Shown piece by piece: positions 59,250-64,000 of a stretch of 64,000 bases of DNA (its first letter is position 1; every line of letters starts with the position of its first letter). The stretch is from an uncultured Solirubrobacteraceae bacterium (GTDB lineage Bacteria; Actinomycetota; Thermoleophilia; Solirubrobacterales; Solirubrobacteraceae), in contig CAVUXA010000005.1 in the NCBI GenBank assembly GCA_963745375.1, forward strand, positions 205,909 through 269,908, in the 5' to 3' direction. A program made the translations under genes and the position numbers. The notes beneath the pieces were generated by a model, which was not told the DNA's origin, made no database searches, and saw only the letters and a program-made list of their open reading frames with translations.

Positions 59250-60000
59250 GCGCAGCCACCTCCTTGGCCAACTCGAAGTACGCCTCCGCGCCCGCGCTGA
59301 GCGGATCGTGGTGGGTAACCGGAAGCCCGTAGCTCGGCGCCTCGCCTACACGCACGTTGCGCGGGATCACCGTGTCGAACACTAGATCCGGGAAGTGTGC
59401 GCGCACCTCGCGCTCCACGTCCTGGCCGAGGCGCGTGCGGCTGTCGTGCATCGTCAGCAGCATGCCCGCCACCGTCAGCGTCGGATTGAGATCGCGCTGT
59501 AGCAGCGCCAGCGTCTCCAACAGCCCCGCCAGGCCCTCCAAGGCGAAGTACTCCGTCTGAACGGGAACGATCACGCGGTCTGCCGCCACAAGCGCGCTGA
59601 CCGTCAGCGGACCCAGCGACGGGGGGCAGTCGAGCAGGATGTACTCGTAGCTCTCGCGCAGAGGCGCAAGGCGATCGCGCAGGAGCCGCTCGAAGCCGTC
59701 CACGCGCGGCAGCTCCACATTGGCACCCGCCAGGCCCGCGCCAGCCGGCAACAGGTGCAGGCCCTGCACCGCCGACTCCGTTATGGCCTGCGCCGCCGTC
59801 ACCTCGCCCGTCAGGACCTCGTACAGCCCGGGCGCGCGGCTGCGCGACACCCCCACGCCGACCGTCGCGTTCGCCTGGGGATCCACGTCCACCAGCAGCG
59901 TCGCGTACCCAGCCTCCGCGATGCACGCAGCCACGTTGACCGCGGTCGTCGTCTTGCCCACGCCGCCCTTCTGATTGGCAACCGCGTACACCGTGGCCAT
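59242..60000 (-). CDS. parA: Chromosome partitioning ATPase ParA/Soj
   Basis: NQKGGVGKTT, DPQANAT, DCPPSLG, EAPSYG. Confidence 0.96.
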   Translation of the reverse strand: MATVYAVANQKGGVGKTTTAVNVAACIAEAGYATLLVDVDPQANATVGVGVSRSRAPGLYEVLTGEVTAAQAITESAVQGLHLLPAGAGLAGANVELPRVDGFERLLRDRLAPLRESYEYILLDCPPSLGPLTVSALVAADRVIVPVQTEYFALEGLAGLLETLALLQRDLNPTLTVAGMLLTMHDSRTRLGQDVEREVRAHFPDLVFDTVIPRNVRVGEAPSYGLPVTHHDPLSAGAEAYFELAKEVAARG

Positions 60001-60150
60001 GCGCTGGTGTCGAGCCTCGCCGCGCTCGCGCGGCTCCCCCGCTTCGCCGTGTTTGATCGGTTCAGAGTCCACCGACTGCAAGCTAGCGCCGATCGTCCGC
60101 GCGCGACTGCTCGTCGCCGGACAGCGCGTCGACGGGGCTCGCAGCGGTGC

Positions 60151-60846
60151 TCACACGGCCCCGAGCGGGCGCTTTTTCGCGATGCCAGCCCTGCGCGGGA
60201 ATCGCGCGGGCGTCGGCGCCTGCTTCACGAACACGTGCAGATGGTGGTTCCTCGCCCCCGCAAACGGCTGGACCCGGCGCACATCTTCCCTGCGCAGGCC
60301 AAGTTCTTTCGCAGCCCGTATCGCCGCGTCCTCCTCGTCCGCGTCGCGGCGGCCCCGCCAGTCCACCAGCCTACCGCCCAGCCGCAGCAGCGGGGCTGCA
60401 TACTCGAGCACCACCGGCTGCGCCGCCACCGCGCGGGCGACTGCCAGGTCCTGGCCCTCGCCCTGCGCTGCCCATTCCTCCGCGCGGGCGCACTCCACGC
60501 CGACGTTGTCGAGGCTCAGCCGTGCAATCACATCCGCCAGGAAAGCGCACTTGCGCGCCTGGCTCTCAAGTAGGCACACCCCGCTCGCCGGAAGCGCCAC
60601 GGCCAGCACCAACCCCGGAAAGCCCGCGCCCGAGCCGATATCCACGATCCGCTCGGCGTTCTGTGTCGCCTCCAGCTCCAGGGCCACCAGCGAGTCGGCG
60701 AGGTGGCCGTCCAGCGCCTGCTCTGTCGTGCGCATCGTCGTCGGTGCGCGCTTGTCCTGCGCCAGGATCGCCAACAGCGTCGCGAGCCGGTTGCGCTGAG
60801 ATACCTCGAGGCTGTAGCGGGCCGCGAGCGCGTCCAGGCCGCCCAT
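60151..60846 (-). CDS. rsmG: 16S rRNA m7G527 methyltransferase
   Basis: H.ADS, DIGSGAGFPG, RAE, ARAV, FPRRAG. Confidence 0.93.
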   Translation of the reverse strand: MGGLDALAARYSLEVSQRNRLATLLAILAQDKRAPTTMRTTEQALDGHLADSLVALELEATQNAERIVDIGSGAGFPGLVLAVALPASGVCLLESQARKCAFLADVIARLSLDNVGVECARAEEWAAQGEGQDLAVARAVAAQPVVLEYAAPLLRLGGRLVDWRGRRDADEEDAAIRAAKELGLRREDVRRVQPFAGARNHHLHVFVKQAPTPARFPRRAGIAKKRPLGAV

Positions 60847-60898
60847 GGTGCGGGGGTCGCCCTCGGTCGCGCACACGACGGTCACTCCCCGTCAGGAT

Positions 60899-60914
60899 GG
60901 TTTCACGTGAAACA
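60899..60914. promoter_or_regulatory. parS centromere-like site
   Basis: GGTTTCACGTGAAACA, 15/16 match to TGTTTCACGTGAAACA, intergenic near parAB. Confidence 0.9.
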
Positions 60915-60923
60915 CCGCACGCT

Positions 60924-61415
60924 TCATCCGCCTGTCCGCGGCGTGACCACCAGGTAGCGCTCCGGCTCATCGCCCTCGCTGTGCGTTTCCACGTCGCCGC
61001 GCTCGCGCAGGTACTCGTGGACTATGCGCCGCTCGAACGGCGGCATCGGGTCCAACTCGATCGGGCCGCCCGAGCTCACCGCATCGTCGGCGGCATCGTC
61101 GGCCTCGGCCCGCAGTGCCTCAGCACGACGCTCGCGATAGCCGTTTGCGTCGATCACCACCCGCACCTCCGATGGGCCCTCTGGAAAGACGATCCGCTGA
61201 GCGAGATGCTGCACGGCATCGATCGTCTGACCGCGGCGGCCGATGAACAGGCCCACGTCGTCGCCCGTCAGGCGGCCGTGCAGCACCCCCTCGGCCCCCT
61301 CCACGCGCACCTCGGCGTCCAGGCCGAGCCCTTCGGTGATCTCCTCGAGGAGCTCCTCAAGGGCCTCCGCCGGCTCGAGCTCGGGCCCTTGCGCGTCTGC
61401 ATCCTCGTCGCTCAT
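60924..61415 (-). CDS. jag: Jag/EloR (KhpB) RNA-binding protein, KH + R3H
   Basis: IGRRGQTIDAVQ, YRERR, ERRIVH, SEGDEPER. Confidence 0.9.
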   Translation of the reverse strand: MSDEDADAQGPELEPAEALEELLEEITEGLGLDAEVRVEGAEGVLHGRLTGDDVGLFIGRRGQTIDAVQHLAQRIVFPEGPSEVRVVIDANGYRERRAEALRAEADDAADDAVSSGGPIELDPMPPFERRIVHEYLRERGDVETHSEGDEPERYLVVTPRTGG

Positions 61416-62410
61416 CGGCGCCTGCCCGAGCGTTTCTTCTTCTTGCGGGGCGGGCGGGGCGGGGCAACGCCCGCAGCCGGCGAGCCGCTCACGCCGGCGA
61501 GCGCCGGCTGGGGCTTGGGGGCGCCGCCCCGCGCCTGCTCGGCCCGGCCATTGGTCGAGCCCCCATCCCCGGTACCGGACAACCCGGCGCCTTTGGCCGG
61601 GAGTATCGGAGTTCCCATATGACGTTTGATCAGGTACTGCTGCCCGACCGTCCACAGGTTCGTCGTGATCCAGTACACCAGCAGACCCGCCGGGTAGCGG
61701 TAGAGAATCACCACGAACACCACCGGCAGTAGCAGGAACATCAAGCGCTGGTTGTTGTCCGCGGCCGCCGTGGCGATGAACGTGGAGGCCAGCTGGGACC
61801 CCACGTACAAGACGATCAAAACCACCAGAGCGACGCCGGTCGCCTTGCTCGTGATGTCCGGCAGGAACAGGAACTTGGCCGAGTGAGGGGCGACCGTGTT
61901 GCAGGTCGTCTGTTCGATGAACTTGCCCGGCAGACGCGCCACGGCGCTGAAATGCGAGCCAGCTTTGTACTTCGTCGCCAGCCCCGGATGGGCGTTGTAG
62001 TAGCTGACCAGCTGAGACCCGCAGATGTGCTTCTTGAGGTCCGTCCGCAGCATGTAAAAGAGCGATATGAACACCGGCAGTTGCAGCAGCAGCGGCAGAC
62101 ACGAGGCCAGGGGGTTGATTTTGTTCTCCTGGTAGAACTTCATGATCTCCTGCTGCTGGCGCTGTTTGTCCTCCTTGTACTTCTCTTTCAGGGCGCTGAT
62201 CTGGGGGGCCAGGCGCTGCATCTCCTGCATCGACTTCAGCTGCCTGTAGGTCAGCGGCACGAGGATCGCGCGGATGAGCACCGTCAGGCCCACGATCGCT
62301 AGTCCCCAGCTGCCGCCCACCAGGTGGGCGTGGATGAACACCATGATCGATTCGAACAGGCTGATCAACGGCGAGAACGCCTGCTGGATCACGTTTGCGA
62401 AGATCGGCAT
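61412..62410 (-). CDS. yidC: Membrane protein insertase
   Basis: WGLAIV..T..IR, NPLASCLPLLLQLPVF, GLLVYW.T.N. Confidence 0.95.
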   Translation of the reverse strand: MPIFANVIQQAFSPLISLFESIMVFIHAHLVGGSWGLAIVGLTVLIRAILVPLTYRQLKSMQEMQRLAPQISALKEKYKEDKQRQQQEIMKFYQENKINPLASCLPLLLQLPVFISLFYMLRTDLKKHICGSQLVSYYNAHPGLATKYKAGSHFSAVARLPGKFIEQTTCNTVAPHSAKFLFLPDITSKATGVALVVLIVLYVGSQLASTFIATAAADNNQRLMFLLLPVVFVVILYRYPAGLLVYWITTNLWTVGQQYLIKRHMGTPILPAKGAGLSGTGDGGSTNGRAEQARGGAPKPQPALAGVSGSPAAGVAPPRPPRKKKKRSGRRR

Positions 62411-62413
62411 GCT

Positions 62414-62791
62414 CTAGGTGGTCTCTGCGGTCATGGGATGGCTCTGCTTGGGGCCTGCTGCGCTGCGCTTGCCAGACCCGGCCTCGGGCTCCGCGCCCGG
62501 TGTTTGGTCGGACGCCCGCTTGACAAGCCCGCCCGCCCGGATCGGAAACACTCGCTGGGCCTCCACCGGATCGTATCCGCCATAGCTCCACGGGTTGCAC
62601 CTGAGCAGACGCCACCCGGCGAGCACCAGCCCCTTAAGTATGCCGTACCGCCAGATCGCCTCGACCGCATAGCGAGAGCACGTCGGCTCGTACTTGCAGT
62701 GGCGGGGGATCGCCGGCGAGAGCACACGCTGGTAGACCACTATCGGCGCCACCGCCACGGCGCGGAGCACGCGGCTGTGGGCACTGCTCAT
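62414..62791 (-). CDS. yidD: Membrane protein insertion efficiency factor
   Basis: [24 protein letters not shown]. Confidence 0.95.
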   Translation of the reverse strand: MSSAHSRVLRAVAVAPIVVYQRVLSPAIPRHCKYEPTCSRYAVEAIWRYGILKGLVLAGWRLLRCNPWSYGGYDPVEAQRVFPIRAGGLVKRASDQTPGAEPEAGSGKRSAAGPKQSHPMTAETT

Positions 62792-63210
62792 CCTGCACCC
62801 TTCCCGGTCGGCTCCTGCGACTTGACGCCCAGTCCCGCCCTGGCGATCAAATCGACCAGCGACGCTTGCACACCCGCCAAACCCTCTCGCTCGGCCAGCT
62901 CACGGGCGGGCGCGCGGGCAACTACCACCACGTCCCGACCCTCCTTGAGATCCTGCTCCACGCACGCGAACGCCTCGCGCAGCAAGCGCTTGACGTGGTT
63001 GCGCTCGACCGCGCCACCGACCTTGCGCGACACCGACAGGCCCAGCCTCGGCTGCTGCGTCGACGGGTTCGGGAAGTCGTACAGCACGAGGTGGCGATTG
63101 GCCGTCGAGCGTCCTTGCCGATACACGCGCTCGAACTCCGCGCTGCGCGACAGCCGTCCTGTGCCCGTCGCCCGTCGCCTACTCGCCTGCCGCTCGCCCA
63201 CGGGGTCCAC
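62788..63210 (-). CDS. rnpA: Ribonuclease P protein component
   Basis: [25 protein letters not shown]. Confidence 0.95.
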   Translation of the reverse strand: MDPVGERQASRRRATGTGRLSRSAEFERVYRQGRSTANRHLVLYDFPNPSTQQPRLGLSVSRKVGGAVERNHVKRLLREAFACVEQDLKEGRDVVVVARAPARELAEREGLAGVQASLVDLIARAGLGVKSQEPTGKGAG

Positions 63211-63225
63211 TCTCGCCCGCGCAGC

Positions 63226-63360
63226 TCAGACCGAGAGGCGCTTACGTCCCTTGCCGCGCCGGCGCTGCAGCGTCAGCCGGCCCGCACGTGAGCTCATGCG
63301 CGCACGAAAGCCGTGCGTCCGGGCACGCTTGCGCTTCTTCGGCTGATAGGTCCGCTTCAT
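63226..63360 (-). CDS. rpmH: 50S ribosomal protein L34
   Basis: [22 protein letters not shown]. Confidence 0.97.
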   Translation of the reverse strand: MKRTYQPKKRKRARTHGFRARMSSRAGRLTLQRRRGKGRKRLSV

Positions 63361-63545
63361 CGCCCCTGAAGTATACGCCGGGCACCGCCCCTGGCCCTCC
63401 CGCAACCCGCCGCTGAAATTTTCCGCCATTTGCGGCGAGCCCCGCCGGGCACCGAAGGGCGTTGGGTATAGTCGCCCAACCGGGCTCTCACGGGCCCCCT
63501 GCCGAAAGTGCACCACTCTCCCGACCCGGGTCGATACACGCTGCC

Positions 63546-64000
63546 GTGAACGCCGAGCTCGAGCACATATGGACGCGGGTGCAAGACCAGCTCGCGCTCG
63601 CCGTCGGTCAGGCCACTTACCACACCTGGCTGGAGCCCCTGCGGGCAATCGAGCTCTCCGAGCGGCGCCTCGTCGTCCTCGCTCCGCCGGACAGCCGCCG
63701 TTGGATCGGCGATCGCTTCGGAGCGCTACTGCACGACACGGTCGCCCTCGTGCTCGGGCGCGCCATCGACGTCGAGCTCACCAGCGACCCCGACGCCCAT
63801 CAGCCCGTCACGCCGCTCGACGCGCCCTCCCAACCCTCGGGCAACCCCAAGCTCACCTTCGAGCAATTCGTCATCGGCGACTGCAACCGGCTTGCACACG
63901 CAGCCGCGCTGGCCGTCGCAGAGATGCCCGCCCAGGCCTACAACCCGCTGTTCATCTGCGGCCCCCCCGGCGTCGGCAAGACGCACCTGCTCAACTCGAT
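63546..64000 (+). CDS. dnaA: Chromosomal replication initiator DnaA (5' part, runs off the window)
   Basis: Translated from GTG 63546: ...YHTWL...[49 protein letters not shown]; divergent from rpmH. Confidence 0.96.
   Translation, partial: MNAELEHIWTRVQDQLALAVGQATYHTWLEPLRAIELSERRLVVLAPPDSRRWIGDRFGALLHDTVALVLGRAIDVELTSDPDAHQPVTPLDAPSQPSGNPKLTFEQFVIGDCNRLAHAAALAVAEMPAQAYNPLFICGPPGVGKTHLLNS

Overview
High-GC Actinomycetota chromosome segment, most consistent with Thermoleophilia/Solirubrobacterales (inference from gene content). It lies immediately left of the origin and ends in parB-parA-rsmG-(parS)-jag-yidC-yidD-rnpA-rpmH and the 5' part of dnaA. Most of it is housekeeping: cell-wall genes, trehalose synthesis, rpsF/ssb/rpsR/rplI, dnaB plus a DnaC-like ATPase, purA, tatC, menaquinone, cytochrome bc and haem genes, ddl, and a c-di-AMP riboswitch ahead of an M23 peptidase. 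Two related tRNA-anchored integrative elements stand out. (1) A compact element with an intact tyrosine integrase at tRNA-Arg(CCT), about 1-3.3 kb. (2) A 4.66-kb element at tRNA-Ile(GAT), 53641-58301, bounded by a 43-bp att repeat and retaining only an integrase C-terminal remnant. It carries an MNT-HEPN pair, a nucleoside 2-deoxyribosyltransferase-family gene, a dGTPase-family HD hydrolase and two winged-helix-like ORFs, and is a candidate nucleotide-depletion defence cassette. Both elements share the same end signals: a TGGGCAGC-N11-GCTGCCCA inverted repeat at the distal end and an identical 23-bp tandem motif about 85 bp from the tRNA. Also present are a two-copy palindromic intergenic repeat and a LexA box upstream of dnaB. 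Several single-base frameshifts in conserved genes are probably sequencing errors.
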